DNA from: Ignavibacteriota bacterium
GTDB taxonomy: Bacteria > Bacteroidota > Ignavibacteria > UBA10030
Direction of reading: 5' to 3'
DNA length: 64,000 nucleotides
Assembly: GCA_003170475.1 (NCBI GenBank)
Contig: PMZI01000023.1
Span: 95,084-159,083, forward strand
Shown: piece by piece, positions 18,151-29,136 of the stretch
Layout: every line of letters starts with the position of its first letter
How positions within the stretch are numbered: position 1 is the first letter of the stretch
Made by a program: the position numbers and the translations under genes
The notes under the pieces: generated by a model
What the model was told of the DNA's origin: nothing
What the model saw: the letters and a program-made list of their open reading frames with translations, nothing else
Database searches by the model: none

Positions 18151-20984
18151 GCCGGCAGATCATCATATCGCCATCCGAGAACCTTGTCCGCGAGGTTGTT
18201 CAACAGCTGCCGACCGATTCGCGGGATTTCACCCGTTTTGTTATCGTCTTTCCGGGAAAGAGACCGGCGCATTTTGTCCGGAAGGTACTTGCAGAACGAA
18301 TCCACGGAAGCTTCATACCTCCGCGCATTTTCTCGATCGACTCCTTCATCGATCACCTCGTCAACGAGAAACTTCATATTCATAGAAGGGTACTCGACAA
18401 TCTCGATGCGGTTGCGCTCCTGTTCGACATCCACGCCCGCGTGGAGCACCGCCTTGGTGGAGACCACTTCAATTGCATTGACCGCTTTGTCAGTGTGGGA
18501 CTGAAGCTCTACGCAGAGCTCGAAGAATTGATCATGGCAGACGTTCACGAGCGGAGAATTCGCGAGGGTCTCGCGGGCGTACCCCTGAGTAGATTTCATG
18601 CTCTGCCTGATTACTTCGCACAGTTCTATGCCCTTGTTGACCAAAAGAATCTCACCACCCGCGCCATAAACTACAAACGGGTCGCCGATAGTATCGACTC
18701 CGTGGATTTCAGCCGTGAGCACAACGTTATCTTCGCCGGCTTCTACGCTTATACTGTTTTGGAACAGCGCATTTTCTCATCGCTGCTGCGCCGCGAGAAC
18801 GCAACCATCGTCGCTCAACAAGGCCCCGGCCTGGGCAGACGGCTGGAGACAATCGGTGTCGATGTTGGCATCGAGGAAACTCCTGTGCCGGAACACACAC
18901 CCGTCTGTCATTTCTACCAGTCCTCAGACACACACGGACAAGTTTTCGCTGTAAGTCAGAAAATGAAAACACTGCTGGACGCCGGCAAGCCTATTGACGA
19001 GAAGACAGTTATCGTCTTGCCGACATCCGACGCGTTGTTCCCGGTCGTTCATCAGACACTTCCTCTGCTTCCGGCGGATCAATACAACATCTCGCTTGGA
19101 TATCCGCTGCAACGAACACCCCTCTACGGTTTCTTCGGTACACTCCTGGACCTCAGCGCCGGAACGAGGAACGGCAAGGTGCCCATATCGAAATACACGC
19201 GGTTTGTCCTCCACCCGTACACGAAAAACATACTCTTTGGACAGAGGGCTGATGTTTCAAGGGTTCTGTTCCACTCTCTCGAAAACCACCTCGCTCAGGG
19301 GCAGTCAAAGATGTTCATCTCCCTGGACGAGTTGGAGGGAAAGAATGATGTGTTTGAGGGTGTCTCTCAGGCTCTTGCGGCCGGCGGGACAGACGTATCG
19401 GCGGTTGAATTGAAGAATCATCTTCGGACCATCCACGATCAGACAATTCGAAAGGTTCTCCAATTTGGGTCCATCGGGGATTTTGCCGCCAAGATGACGG
19501 AAATCCTGCACACCATATACAGACAAAGCACGGCAACCCGGCATCCGTTATTCCGTCCCTACGCTGAGACGTTTGTCGAAGTGTTGGATGCTCTCGGTAA
19601 GTCACTACTCGCCTCTCACTCTTTGACCGATGTAGCTGCCTATTGCACGTTTTTCCGAAATGTGGTTGCCGCAGAGAATGTCCCCTTTCCCGGAACGCCG
19701 CTCAAGGGGCTTCAGGTCATCGGCTTTCTTGAAACGCGCAATCTTTCCTTCGATACGGTATTCCTTCTGAATGCGACGGACGACGTGATTCCCGGCGCCC
19801 GAGGACACGATCTGCTGCTTCCACAGCGGCTCAGGGAGACCCTCGGTTTGGAAACCTATGGCGATCGCGAACGACTGGCAGAATACTATTTCAACACGCT
19901 TCTTGCCGGAGCGCGCGAGGTCCACTGTTTCTTCACCGAATCGGGGAAACACGAGAAGAGCCGTTTCCTTGAGAAGCTTCTCTGGGAGCATCAGAAGAAC
20001 CATCACACCCTTGACCTGGGTGACGCGGTCCAAGTGGTGCGTTATGATGTCCAACTGGCTGCAACGAAGCCGGAATCCGCTGAAAAGACTCCGGGGGTCA
20101 TAGAGCATCTACGGAAATTTCAGTACACGGCTACGGCACTCGATGCGTACCTCACGTGTCCGCTGAAGTTTTACTACGCGCACATACTGCATCTTTCGGA
20201 AAAAGAAGGCGTCACAGAAGACGTTGACGAGCGTGAAGTCGGAAGCATGGTTCACAGAATACTGAAAGCGTTTTTCGAGGGCGTGGTTGGGCGCGCACTG
20301 AGTTCTGCAGATTTGGACTTGGGTCGACTCCGTTCAGTCGTCGACCGGCTTTTCGCTGAGGAATACGGTTCAGAGCTTGTCGGACCGGCGTTTCTCGTGA
20401 AGCAACAGGTGGAATATCAACTTGAAGCGTTCTTGCGTGAGTATCAGGTTCCCATGCTCGCCTCAGGCCCGATCACGATTGTCGGGTTGGAACAAGACCT
20501 CTCTGCAACGTGTGGTGGATATCGATTCACAGGACGCATTGACCGGATTGAGCAACGAGGTGATGGACACGTCATTCTTGATTACAAGACCGGCAGCAAC
20601 GATCAACGAGTCAGAATCAATCTCAACAAACTTGTCAACGAGGATCCGGGCTCGTGGCGTGAGGCCATTGGTTCTTTCCAGCTTGTGGTGTACATGCTTC
20701 TCTATTCAGAAGCTCGGCGGATTTCGCTCGCTTCGATAACGCCCTCGTATCTTTTTGTCGGACGGAACAAAATTTCGCCGGAAATAGAGGTACCTATTGG
20801 CAGAGACGGGCACACCGCGGAAGAGGTCTACCGTCAGGTGCAACCGATCATGTTCAGTGCTATCGGGGAGATACTCGATCCCGGGAAGTCGTTTGACCCA
20901 ACCGATCAGCTGCATGAGGCTTGCCCGCGCTGCCCGTACAGTACATTGTGTGGCACGTCATGGATCGGTGGTCAACGCGAGTAA
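18147..20984 (+). CDS. addB: AddB-like PD-(D/E)XK nuclease subunit with Fe-S staple cysteines
   Basis: GTGA overlap with addA; GLQVIGFLETRNL, YLTCPLKFYY, GRIDRIE..ILDYKTG and C-terminal CPRCPYSTLC. Confidence 0.85.
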   Translation: MSRQIIISPSENLVREVVQQLPTDSRDFTRFVIVFPGKRPAHFVRKVLAERIHGSFIPPRIFSIDSFIDHLVNEKLHIHRRVLDNLDAVALLFDIHARVEHRLGGDHFNCIDRFVSVGLKLYAELEELIMADVHERRIREGLAGVPLSRFHALPDYFAQFYALVDQKNLTTRAINYKRVADSIDSVDFSREHNVIFAGFYAYTVLEQRIFSSLLRRENATIVAQQGPGLGRRLETIGVDVGIEETPVPEHTPVCHFYQSSDTHGQVFAVSQKMKTLLDAGKPIDEKTVIVLPTSDALFPVVHQTLPLLPADQYNISLGYPLQRTPLYGFFGTLLDLSAGTRNGKVPISKYTRFVLHPYTKNILFGQRADVSRVLFHSLENHLAQGQSKMFISLDELEGKNDVFEGVSQALAAGGTDVSAVELKNHLRTIHDQTIRKVLQFGSIGDFAAKMTEILHTIYRQSTATRHPLFRPYAETFVEVLDALGKSLLASHSLTDVAAYCTFFRNVVAAENVPFPGTPLKGLQVIGFLETRNLSFDTVFLLNATDDVIPGARGHDLLLPQRLRETLGLETYGDRERLAEYYFNTLLAGAREVHCFFTESGKHEKSRFLEKLLWEHQKNHHTLDLGDAVQVVRYDVQLAATKPESAEKTPGVIEHLRKFQYTATALDAYLTCPLKFYYAHILHLSEKEGVTEDVDEREVGSMVHRILKAFFEGVVGRALSSADLDLGRLRSVVDRLFAEEYGSELVGPAFLVKQQVEYQLEAFLREYQVPMLASGPITIVGLEQDLSATCGGYRFTGRIDRIEQRGDGHVILDYKTGSNDQRVRINLNKLVNEDPGSWREAIGSFQLVVYMLLYSEARRISLASITPSYLFVGRNKISPEIEVPIGRDGHTAEEVYRQVQPIMFSAIGEILDPGKSFDPTDQLHEACPRCPYSTLCGTSWIGGQRE

Positions 20985-21125
20985 CAGCACAGCAAGTGAA
21001 TCGAATAACCGTATCGCTGTACAGCGTGGAGATTGTTGCCAACTCCTTCTTCGGTTCATCTGAACTCTCGGCAACGTTTCGCTTCTTACTATCAGGCCCG
21101 CCACCAATCGCGCATAGGAGGATGT

Positions 21126-23813
21126 ATGGGTGCTCCATCGAAGCTCGTCCTTGCAGGGATTTTCTCCCTGATGACAGCTTCCGGCATTGCTCTCGGCCAA
21201 GACCAGCCGGCGGGTGCCACACCGCCGTTCCCATTTCAGAACCCCAATCTTCCATTCGAACAACGCGTCAATGATCTCGTCTCACGCATGACGCTTGATG
21301 AAAAGGTCAGTCAGATGTTGTACGACGCTCCCGCCATCAATCGGCTGGGGATTCCGGAGTACAACTGGTGGGGTGAAGCACTTCATGGGGTTGCGAGGGC
21401 CGGAAAGGCAACGGTGTTTCCTGAGCCCATCGGACTTGCAGCGACGTGGGATGCCGATCTGATGCTCCGTGTGGCCACGGTCATCTCGGATGAAGCGCGC
21501 GCCAAGCACCACAATGCTCTTCGCAATGGCCGACGCGGAGTGTACGAAGGGTTGACGTTCTGGTCTCCGAATATCAACATCTTCCGTGACCCGCGGTGGG
21601 GACGCGGAATGGAAACCTTCGGTGAAGATCCGTATCTCGCGGGGCGAATGGGGGTTCAGTTCGTCAAGGGAATGCAGGGGGATGATCCAAAATATCTTAA
21701 GGCGGTTTCAACACCAAAACATTTTGCAGTGCACAGCGGACCCGAGCCCGATCGCCATGTTTTTGACGCGGTCGTCGACGAGCGCGATCTGAGAGAAACT
21801 TATCTCGCTGCGTTTCGCGCGACCGTTCTCGAGGCAAACGCGCAATCTGTGATGTGTGCTTACAACCGTTTTCGCGGCGAACCGTGCTGCGGAAGCAGTG
21901 AGCTTCTACAGAAAATTCTGAGAGATGAATGGGGGTTCAGCGGTTATGTCGTGTCGGACTGCTGGGCGATTATGGATTTCTACACCACCCACAAAGTTGA
22001 CAAGACTGCGCCGCAAGCTGCCGCCCGGGCGCTTCTCGCAGGCACGGATTTGAATTGCGGCGTGACCTACGATAGCCTGGGCGTTGCTGTCCGCCAGCAT
22101 CTTGTGAGCGAATCGCTGGTCGATACGGCCGTCAAGCGCTTGTTTCGCACTCGCTTTAAACTTGGAATGTTCGATCCGCCGGGGATGGTTCCCCATGCCA
22201 ACATTCCCATCGCCGTTAATGATTCCAAAGAGCACCGCGATCTTGCGGTAGAGGCGACGCGCAAATCCATCGTCTTGTTGAAAAACGAGGGTGGCTTATT
22301 GCCACTGAAGAAGGACGTGCACACGATTGCCATTCTTGGCCCAAACGCTGATGATATCGATGTCCTTCTTGGTAACTACAATGGAACGCCCGCAAATCCA
22401 ATCACGCCGCTTGAAGGCATCAGGGAAAGGGCCCCGAAGGGTACCAGTCTGATGTATGTGAAGGGGTGCGACATCGCCGAAAATGTTCCCACTTTGAATG
22501 TGGTTCCTCCAGTCGTCCTTTCGCCCGACGGAATGGGGGTTGCGATGGGCGGTCTGAAAGCTGAGTACTTCAACAATCAACAATTCAAGGGAACGCCGTT
22601 TCGCACGCAAACCGACGAGAACGTTGATTTCAATTGGTGGCAAAATCCTCCCCTGCCTGGGATGAAAGCAGATGGTTTCAGCGTTCGATGGACCGGCTCG
22701 ATTGTTCCAACTGTCAGCGGTCGATACGCGTTTGGTGTCAGGGCTTTTGGCGCGACCCGGTTGAAGATGGACGACTCGCTCATTGTTGATTATTCAAACC
22801 TTCATTCTGTTTTCACGGAATGGAAGTGGGTGGAGTTCAAGGCCGGGATTCCAAGGCGTCTGTCATTGGAGTTTTTGGATCAAAGGGCAGATGCGAGCGT
22901 CCAGTTGGTCTGGTCCAAACCCGTGCCAACAATGAAGGAACAAGCCCTTGTGGCAGCGAAAGCCTCTGATGTTGTTGTCATGGTGATGGGGTTGTCCCCG
23001 CGACTCGAAGGCGAGGAGATGCCTGTCAATGTCCCGGGCTTCAAAGGAGGAGATCGTATCGACATCGGACTTCCCAAACCTCAGGAAGATCTCATCGAGG
23101 CGATCTCGGCAACGGGAAAACCAATCGTCCTGGTGTTGCTTAACGGCAGCGCTGTCGCCGTCAATTGGGCGGCGGAACACGTCCCCGCCATCCTGACAGC
23201 GTGGTATCCGGGCCAAGCAGCCGGCACGGCGATTGCCGATGTTCTCTTCGGGAATTACAGTCCGGCCGGACGGCTCCCGGTGACATTCTATAAGTCGACC
23301 GTTGAGCTTCCCCCCTTCTCCAACTATAATATGGAGGGTCGAACGTACCGCTACTTTCGAGGAGAACCGCTCTTTCCGTTTGGACACGGATTATGCTACA
23401 CGAATTTCCAGTATACCGACATTAGACTTTCAACGAAGGTGCGCGCCGGTGACAATGCCCTGATCTCGGTAACCGTGAAGAACACGGGCAGCATGAATGG
23501 CGACGAGGTTGTGCAACTCTATGTCACCGATGTAAACGCTTCTGCTCCTGTACCAATTCGATCGCTGCAGGGATTTCAACGGGTTTTCCTCAAAGCCGGA
23601 GAAGAAACATCGGTGAGTTTCTCTTTGTCGCCGCGTCAACTGTCACTCATCGATGCTACCGCAAAGCGCGTCCTGGAACCGGGAGTCTTCGAGGTGAGCA
23701 TCGGGGGAAAACAACCCGGGTTCAAAGGAATTGCCGATGCGACAACCACAGGAGTCTTGACCGGGCGTTTTGAGGTTGTGGGCTCAAACCTCTTTCTTGA
23801 CGAAAAACACTGA
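21126..23813 (+). CDS. GH3 beta-glucosidase/beta-xylosidase with PA14 insert and Fn3-like C-terminus
   Basis: WGEALHG, WSPNINIFRDPRWGRGMETFGEDP, KHFAVH, nucleophile VSDCW, PA14 FSVRWTG and LEGEE; AGGAGG RBS. Confidence 0.95.
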   Translation: MGAPSKLVLAGIFSLMTASGIALGQDQPAGATPPFPFQNPNLPFEQRVNDLVSRMTLDEKVSQMLYDAPAINRLGIPEYNWWGEALHGVARAGKATVFPEPIGLAATWDADLMLRVATVISDEARAKHHNALRNGRRGVYEGLTFWSPNINIFRDPRWGRGMETFGEDPYLAGRMGVQFVKGMQGDDPKYLKAVSTPKHFAVHSGPEPDRHVFDAVVDERDLRETYLAAFRATVLEANAQSVMCAYNRFRGEPCCGSSELLQKILRDEWGFSGYVVSDCWAIMDFYTTHKVDKTAPQAAARALLAGTDLNCGVTYDSLGVAVRQHLVSESLVDTAVKRLFRTRFKLGMFDPPGMVPHANIPIAVNDSKEHRDLAVEATRKSIVLLKNEGGLLPLKKDVHTIAILGPNADDIDVLLGNYNGTPANPITPLEGIRERAPKGTSLMYVKGCDIAENVPTLNVVPPVVLSPDGMGVAMGGLKAEYFNNQQFKGTPFRTQTDENVDFNWWQNPPLPGMKADGFSVRWTGSIVPTVSGRYAFGVRAFGATRLKMDDSLIVDYSNLHSVFTEWKWVEFKAGIPRRLSLEFLDQRADASVQLVWSKPVPTMKEQALVAAKASDVVVMVMGLSPRLEGEEMPVNVPGFKGGDRIDIGLPKPQEDLIEAISATGKPIVLVLLNGSAVAVNWAAEHVPAILTAWYPGQAAGTAIADVLFGNYSPAGRLPVTFYKSTVELPPFSNYNMEGRTYRYFRGEPLFPFGHGLCYTNFQYTDIRLSTKVRAGDNALISVTVKNTGSMNGDEVVQLYVTDVNASAPVPIRSLQGFQRVFLKAGEETSVSFSLSPRQLSLIDATAKRVLEPGVFEVSIGGKQPGFKGIADATTTGVLTGRFEVVGSNLFLDEKH

Positions 23814-23840
23814 TCATTCCAATCAATCATAAGGAACACC

Positions 23841-24146
23841 ATGCCCAGAATCACTGCCGCGGTGTCTTTCATCATCGACCTTCCGTGGAAGGATATCCTC
23901 TCTGCTCTACTCACATTCCTGTACTCCATCGCGCACTACGTGGGTATGCTCGTCGTGTACCTTCTCGGCCGCGTCTTGCCGACAGCAAGGGTGCCAACCG
24001 ACCTGATTGATCCGCTTGGCTACCTCGCCATTCTCACTGTGTTCTTGATTCTCGTCCAGGTGGCGAAGAAGGTTGCGTGGATCATCGTACTGGCGGCGTG
24101 GATTTTGATTCTCGTGAGGATTATTCTCGGACTTCTTGGATATTAG
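23841..24146 (+). CDS. Small hypothetical membrane protein
   Basis: 101 aa, highly hydrophobic, AAGGA RBS. Confidence 0.7.
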   Translation: MPRITAAVSFIIDLPWKDILSALLTFLYSIAHYVGMLVVYLLGRVLPTARVPTDLIDPLGYLAILTVFLILVQVAKKVAWIIVLAAWILILVRIILGLLGY

Positions 24147-24212
24147 TGACAAGTACGGGTGAAGAAGATAACCTGATCCTTCCTGATCCGCTCTATCATA
24201 GTGAGGTGTTTC

Positions 24213-26762
24213 ATGGTCCCAACCGCTCATCTTCTCAAAGGAACCCTGTTCTCTGTTGTTCTGGTGTTCATGGTGGTGTCGATCGTTGGAGCTTCTGGCC
24301 ACAATTGGCCCATTGTCAAACATTATGATCAACAACACCTTGATCGCATCGCTCTTCCCGTGGGCGGTATCGGGACGGGGACGATCTCACTCGGCGGAAG
24401 GGGCGACTGGCGTGACTGGGAAATCATGAACCGCCCGGCGAAGGGGTTCAACCCCGGCTCACCGTTCTTCGCAATCCGGGTCAAATCCCCAAAGGCGAAC
24501 GCGATCATGCGAGCTCTGCAGGGTCCCGTCGATGAACATCTGTACGAAGGAGCTTCCGGAGTCAAAAACGCGACAAACCCCGGCCTGCCGTGCTTTCGAA
24601 ATTGCAGCTTCGATGCCAGCTATCCATTTGGCATTGTGAATCTTTCTGATCCGGGCGTGCCGGTCACGGTGAGAATCAAAGCGTTCAATCCTATGATTCC
24701 CACAGATCCCGATGCGAGCGGAATTCCCATCGCCGTGATCACCTATGAAGTGACAAATACCACCGCGGCCGAAGTCTCCGTTTCTGTTTGTGGAACGATG
24801 GAGAACTTCATCGGTAACGACGGTTCCAAAGATGTCTCTTTGAAGAATCGCAATACGTTTCGCCAGGGGACAGATTTCCAGGGGATCTTCATGTCGTCTG
24901 ATAGCGTCAGGAAGGACGATGAACGCTGGGGAACGATGGCATTAACCACCGACGCAATGGAAGGCGTATCGTACCGAACCTCATGGAAGAAGGCTGACTG
25001 GGGAACCTCCTTGTTGGACTTCTGGGACGATCTCAGCGACGACGGTCGGCTCGAGAATCGATCTTCCAACACAAGCACACCGAGGGCATCCCTTGCCGTT
25101 GAGTGCAAGATACCGGCGAGAGGAACGACAGAATTCACGTTTTTTATCACCTGGCACTTTCCGAATCGGTTTGCCTGGTCACCCAAGCGTATCGGTAACT
25201 ACTATACAACTCTCTATGACGACGCGTGGAATGTTATGGAGAAAACATTCCCCCGGTTGGATCAATTGCAGAGTGAGACAGTAGATTTCGTCTCCGCCTT
25301 TTGTGCCAGCAATCTCCCACCGTCCGTGAAAGAATCTGCTTTATTCAACCTCAGCACACTGAGAACCCAAACATGCTTCCGCACCGACGACGGTCGCTTC
25401 TTCGCGTGGGAAGGGTGCGGTGATAACAACGGCTGCTGCTCCGGAACATGCACGCATGTATGGAACTATGAGCAGGCTGTCGCGTTCCTTTTCGGATCGA
25501 TCGCAAAGTCCATGCGCGATGTCGAATTCGGAAAAGAGACAGATGACGACGGGGCAATGAGTTTTCGCGCAAAGCTTCCGTTGGACGAAGGGCTATGGGG
25601 CAAGGCTGCCGCTGACGGTCAAATGGGATGCATCATGAAAATGTACCGAGACTGGCAGCTTTCGGGAGACACCCTGATGCTCGCGAGGCTTTGGCCCAAC
25701 GTGAAGAAGGCTCTCGAGTTCTGCTGGATCCCCGGGGGGTGGGATGCCAACAAAGACGGTGTCATGGAGGGGTGTCAGCACAACACCATGGATGTTGAGT
25801 ACTACGGCCCCAATCCTCAGATGGGACTCTGGTATCTCGGCGCATTGAAAGCTGCCGGCAAGATGGCTGCGTTCATGCAAGACACTGTTTTTGCGAACAC
25901 CTGTCAATCTCTCTTCGCACATGGTAGTCGATGGATCGACAGCGCCCTCTTTAACGGCGAATATTACGTTCACAAGATCATACCACCGATGGACAAAGTA
26001 AATATCGCTCCGAGTCTTCTCGTCGGCATGGGGTCGAGTGACTTCGCCAATCCCGACTATCAACTTGGAAACGGTTGCCTCGTCGACCAACTCATCGGAC
26101 AAATGATGGCTCATGTTTGCGATCTCGGATATCTTACAGATCCGGATCACATTCGCACTACACTCAAGAGTATTATGAAGTACAACTACAAAAGCTCTCT
26201 CATCGATCACTTCAATTGTCTGCGTACGTTTGCCCTTGGAGAAGAGGCAGCTCTACTCATGGCAAGCTATCCCAACGAACGGCCGGACAATCCCTTTCCA
26301 TATTTCACCGAAGTGATGACGGGGTTTGAGTACACGGCGGCAATTGGGATGCTCTATGAGAATCAGACCGAGAACGGCTTGAAATGCATTACGAGCGTCC
26401 GGAACCGTTACGACGGCCTCAAGAGAAACCCCTACGACGAGGCAGAGTGCGGACATCATTACGGTCGGGCGATGATCAGTTGGGCAGAGATTCTCGCGTT
26501 GACGGGGTTTCACTATTCTGCGATGGACCAGGAAATGACATTTTCCCCAAAGAACGGAAACTACTTCTGGTCAACGGGGTATGCGTACGGAACGATTGCG
26601 CAGAAGGGTCGCGGCACCAAGCGGTTGATCACCATCACGGTAATGAAGGGAGATGTTCGGTACAAGACATTTACACTGCGCGGGTTCGGGAAGGCGATCT
26701 TTGATACACCTCAGCTGGTCGAAGCCGGCCAAAAGCTGTCTTTCGAGGTTTCATCGCGTTAG
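24213..26762 (+). CDS. GH116 family glycoside hydrolase
   Basis: ALPVGGIGTGTISLGGRG N-terminal motif, WEG, CTHVWNY, AADGQMG, HNTMDVE and EAECGHHYGRAM; GAGG precedes ATG 24213 (alternative GTG 24201). Confidence 0.88.
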   Translation: MVPTAHLLKGTLFSVVLVFMVVSIVGASGHNWPIVKHYDQQHLDRIALPVGGIGTGTISLGGRGDWRDWEIMNRPAKGFNPGSPFFAIRVKSPKANAIMRALQGPVDEHLYEGASGVKNATNPGLPCFRNCSFDASYPFGIVNLSDPGVPVTVRIKAFNPMIPTDPDASGIPIAVITYEVTNTTAAEVSVSVCGTMENFIGNDGSKDVSLKNRNTFRQGTDFQGIFMSSDSVRKDDERWGTMALTTDAMEGVSYRTSWKKADWGTSLLDFWDDLSDDGRLENRSSNTSTPRASLAVECKIPARGTTEFTFFITWHFPNRFAWSPKRIGNYYTTLYDDAWNVMEKTFPRLDQLQSETVDFVSAFCASNLPPSVKESALFNLSTLRTQTCFRTDDGRFFAWEGCGDNNGCCSGTCTHVWNYEQAVAFLFGSIAKSMRDVEFGKETDDDGAMSFRAKLPLDEGLWGKAAADGQMGCIMKMYRDWQLSGDTLMLARLWPNVKKALEFCWIPGGWDANKDGVMEGCQHNTMDVEYYGPNPQMGLWYLGALKAAGKMAAFMQDTVFANTCQSLFAHGSRWIDSALFNGEYYVHKIIPPMDKVNIAPSLLVGMGSSDFANPDYQLGNGCLVDQLIGQMMAHVCDLGYLTDPDHIRTTLKSIMKYNYKSSLIDHFNCLRTFALGEEAALLMASYPNERPDNPFPYFTEVMTGFEYTAAIGMLYENQTENGLKCITSVRNRYDGLKRNPYDEAECGHHYGRAMISWAEILALTGFHYSAMDQEMTFSPKNGNYFWSTGYAYGTIAQKGRGTKRLITITVMKGDVRYKTFTLRGFGKAIFDTPQLVEAGQKLSFEVSSR

Positions 26763-26791
26763 CCTGTGACAAACCCCGAAGAGGATTTCAC

Positions 26792-29035
26792 ATGACAATA
26801 GGCCCGACCTTCATGCGTCGATCGTTGGTTCTCGTTCTCTTCCTCGTGATGTTTTTAAGCGCAGAAGCCCGCCAACAGGCGAACTACGCAATCATCAAGC
26901 GCGGCGACTCGATCGAAGAGGTCGTGCGCAAAGCGGCCACCGTTGTCCCCTCCCCGCGCCAGCTTGCCTGGCAGGAGTTGGAATTTGTCGCATTTGTTCA
27001 TTTCGGCATGAACACGTTCATGGATCGAGAGTGGGGACAGGGGAATGAAGATCCGGCTATGTTCAATCCCACAGATTTTGATGCGCGGCAATGGGTGAAG
27101 GTTCTCAAAGACGCAGGCATGAAGCTTCTCGTCCTGACCACCAAACACCACGATGGGTTTTGCCTCTGGCCAAGCGAGTTCACAGATCACGGCCTCAAGG
27201 CCAGCCCCTGGAAACACGGTGCGGGAGATGTTGTCGGTGAAGTTGCGCAAGCGTGCAGGGAAGCCGGTCTCAAGTTTGGCGTCTATTTGTCACCGTGGGA
27301 TCGGCACGAGAAATCATACGGCGACTCTCCGGTCTACAATGAACATTTTCGTAATCAACTTCGCGAGCTGCTAACCAAGTATGGCGATGTGGCGGAGGTT
27401 TGGTTCGATGGTGCTTGCGGCGAAGGACCCAATGGAAAGAGACAGGAATACGATTGGCAGTCATACTATAAACTCATCCGCGAGCTCCAACCGCAGGCGG
27501 TAATCGCCATCATGGGGCCTGACGTTCGATGGGTCGGCACCGAGGCTGGCTATGGAAGAGAAACGGAGTGGAGCGTTGTCCCGGGTGTGGCCCGGAATCT
27601 CGACACCATCGCGGCTTCTTCTCAACAGAATCCTGTCGATCGATCTTTCGTTCCGATCGATTTCATGAGCAAGGACCTTGGCAGCCGCGATAAAGTCAAG
27701 AGCGCAACATCTCTTGTGTGGTACCCCGCAGAAACCGATGTTTCGATTCGCCCGGGTTGGTTCTACCATGAAAGTCGGGATGAACTCGTAAAAACACCCG
27801 AGAAACTTGTCGACATCTACTACAATTCTGTTGGACGCAACTCGGTTCTTCTCTTAAATATCCCCCCTGATAAGCGCGGGCGCATCAACGACAGTGATAT
27901 CAAAGCACTCAAGGGACTGCGCAAGACCCTCGACCTGACATTCGGCACAAATCTCATGATTGCGGCGAGAGTCACAGCGTCAAATGAACGGCGTGGACAC
28001 AGCGGCGCTTCGATCGTGGATCGAGATAGCAGAAGCTATTGGACGACAGAGGAGAGCATCGAGTCGGCAACCCTTGAAGTTCGCCTTGCACGAACCCTGA
28101 CGTTCAATCGGGCGATGCTGCAGGAAGAGATTTCTATAGGCCAGAGGGTTGAGTCCTTTCGACTTGAAGCCTGGACAGGAAAAACCTGGAGAGGAATCGC
28201 CACCGGGACCACCATCGGATACAAGCGCCTTCTGCGCTTTCCCAATGTGACTGCGTCGAAAGTGAGAATCGTCATCGAGCGATCAAGGACGAGTCCGACA
28301 CTTTCATCGTTTGCTCTCTTCAAAGCCCCACCCACCGTGATGATTGAACCGCGCGGGGGCTCCTTCGAAACGAAAACCAAGGTCCGGCTTTCGACAGATA
28401 CAAAAGGAGCGACTGTTCGGTACACCCTCGATGGATCCGATCCTACCCTGAAATCCCCGAAATACTCAAGGCCGATTGAGTTGACTCACTCGTCGCTGCT
28501 CAAAGCAACGGCCGTTATCGGCGGCGACCTCTGTGCGGAAATCGAAGTTACTCGTTTTATTCGATGCCTCAGCGTCAAGTCCGTCGGTTTTGAAAAAACC
28601 TTCAGCCCCCAGTATGCGGGCCGCGGAAATGCAACAATCGTCGATGGTGTGCGTGCATCGCTCGATCTCAATGACAAGGGGTGGCTGGGATTTTTGGGAG
28701 ACGATCTGATCGCGACGGTCGACCTGGGTAAGGCAAGAACAATCAACAAGATTACTGCCGGGTTCTTGCAGCAACAGGGATCCCGGATCTTCCTCCCGAG
28801 CACTGTCACATTTTATGTTTCAGACGACAGTGCTAACTGGAGGCTTGCCGGAGAGTTGAAAAGTCCGCTTCAGCAATCAGAGCGCGTTTTCGCGAGGGAC
28901 TTCACGTGTTCCACAGGGAAGATGAAGATCAGATATGTGCGGGTTGCGGCAAAAAGCATTGGAGTGTGCCCTTCGTGGCATTCGGGCTCCGGGGAAAAAG
29001 CGTGGTTGTTTTCAGACGAGATTACCGTGGAGTAA
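26792..29035 (+). CDS. GH29 alpha-L-fucosidase with F5/8-type C and Fn3-like accessory domains
   Basis: FVHFGMNTF, KHHDGFCLW, YLSPWDRH, nucleophile WFDGACGEG, SIRPGWFYH, SVGRNSVLLLNIPP and RYTLDGSDPT. Confidence 0.95.
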   Translation: MTIGPTFMRRSLVLVLFLVMFLSAEARQQANYAIIKRGDSIEEVVRKAATVVPSPRQLAWQELEFVAFVHFGMNTFMDREWGQGNEDPAMFNPTDFDARQWVKVLKDAGMKLLVLTTKHHDGFCLWPSEFTDHGLKASPWKHGAGDVVGEVAQACREAGLKFGVYLSPWDRHEKSYGDSPVYNEHFRNQLRELLTKYGDVAEVWFDGACGEGPNGKRQEYDWQSYYKLIRELQPQAVIAIMGPDVRWVGTEAGYGRETEWSVVPGVARNLDTIAASSQQNPVDRSFVPIDFMSKDLGSRDKVKSATSLVWYPAETDVSIRPGWFYHESRDELVKTPEKLVDIYYNSVGRNSVLLLNIPPDKRGRINDSDIKALKGLRKTLDLTFGTNLMIAARVTASNERRGHSGASIVDRDSRSYWTTEESIESATLEVRLARTLTFNRAMLQEEISIGQRVESFRLEAWTGKTWRGIATGTTIGYKRLLRFPNVTASKVRIVIERSRTSPTLSSFALFKAPPTVMIEPRGGSFETKTKVRLSTDTKGATVRYTLDGSDPTLKSPKYSRPIELTHSSLLKATAVIGGDLCAEIEVTRFIRCLSVKSVGFEKTFSPQYAGRGNATIVDGVRASLDLNDKGWLGFLGDDLIATVDLGKARTINKITAGFLQQQGSRIFLPSTVTFYVSDDSANWRLAGELKSPLQQSERVFARDFTCSTGKMKIRYVRVAAKSIGVCPSWHSGSGEKAWLFSDEITVE

Positions 29036-29063
29036 GGGGGCTCGGGCTGGGTTTTGTTAGAAG

Positions 29064-29091
29064 CGAGCCATCCAATTCATAGGATGGCTCG
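29064..29091. terminator. Hairpin between convergent genes (likely terminator)
   Basis: CGAGCCATCC-aattcata-GGATGGCTCG, a 10-bp stem between the fucosidase and racemase stops; no strong U-tract. Confidence 0.5.
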
Positions 29092-29136
29092 GTGAAATTC
29101 TCCTTATGGTGCGTTCCAAATCCAAAAATGCTCCGC

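Noticed and set aside
18147-20984. Fe-S PD-(D/E)XK nuclease plus helicase as a Cas4 or anti-phage defence system
   Set aside because: Size, motifs and coupling to a UvrD helicase-nuclease match housekeeping AddAB.
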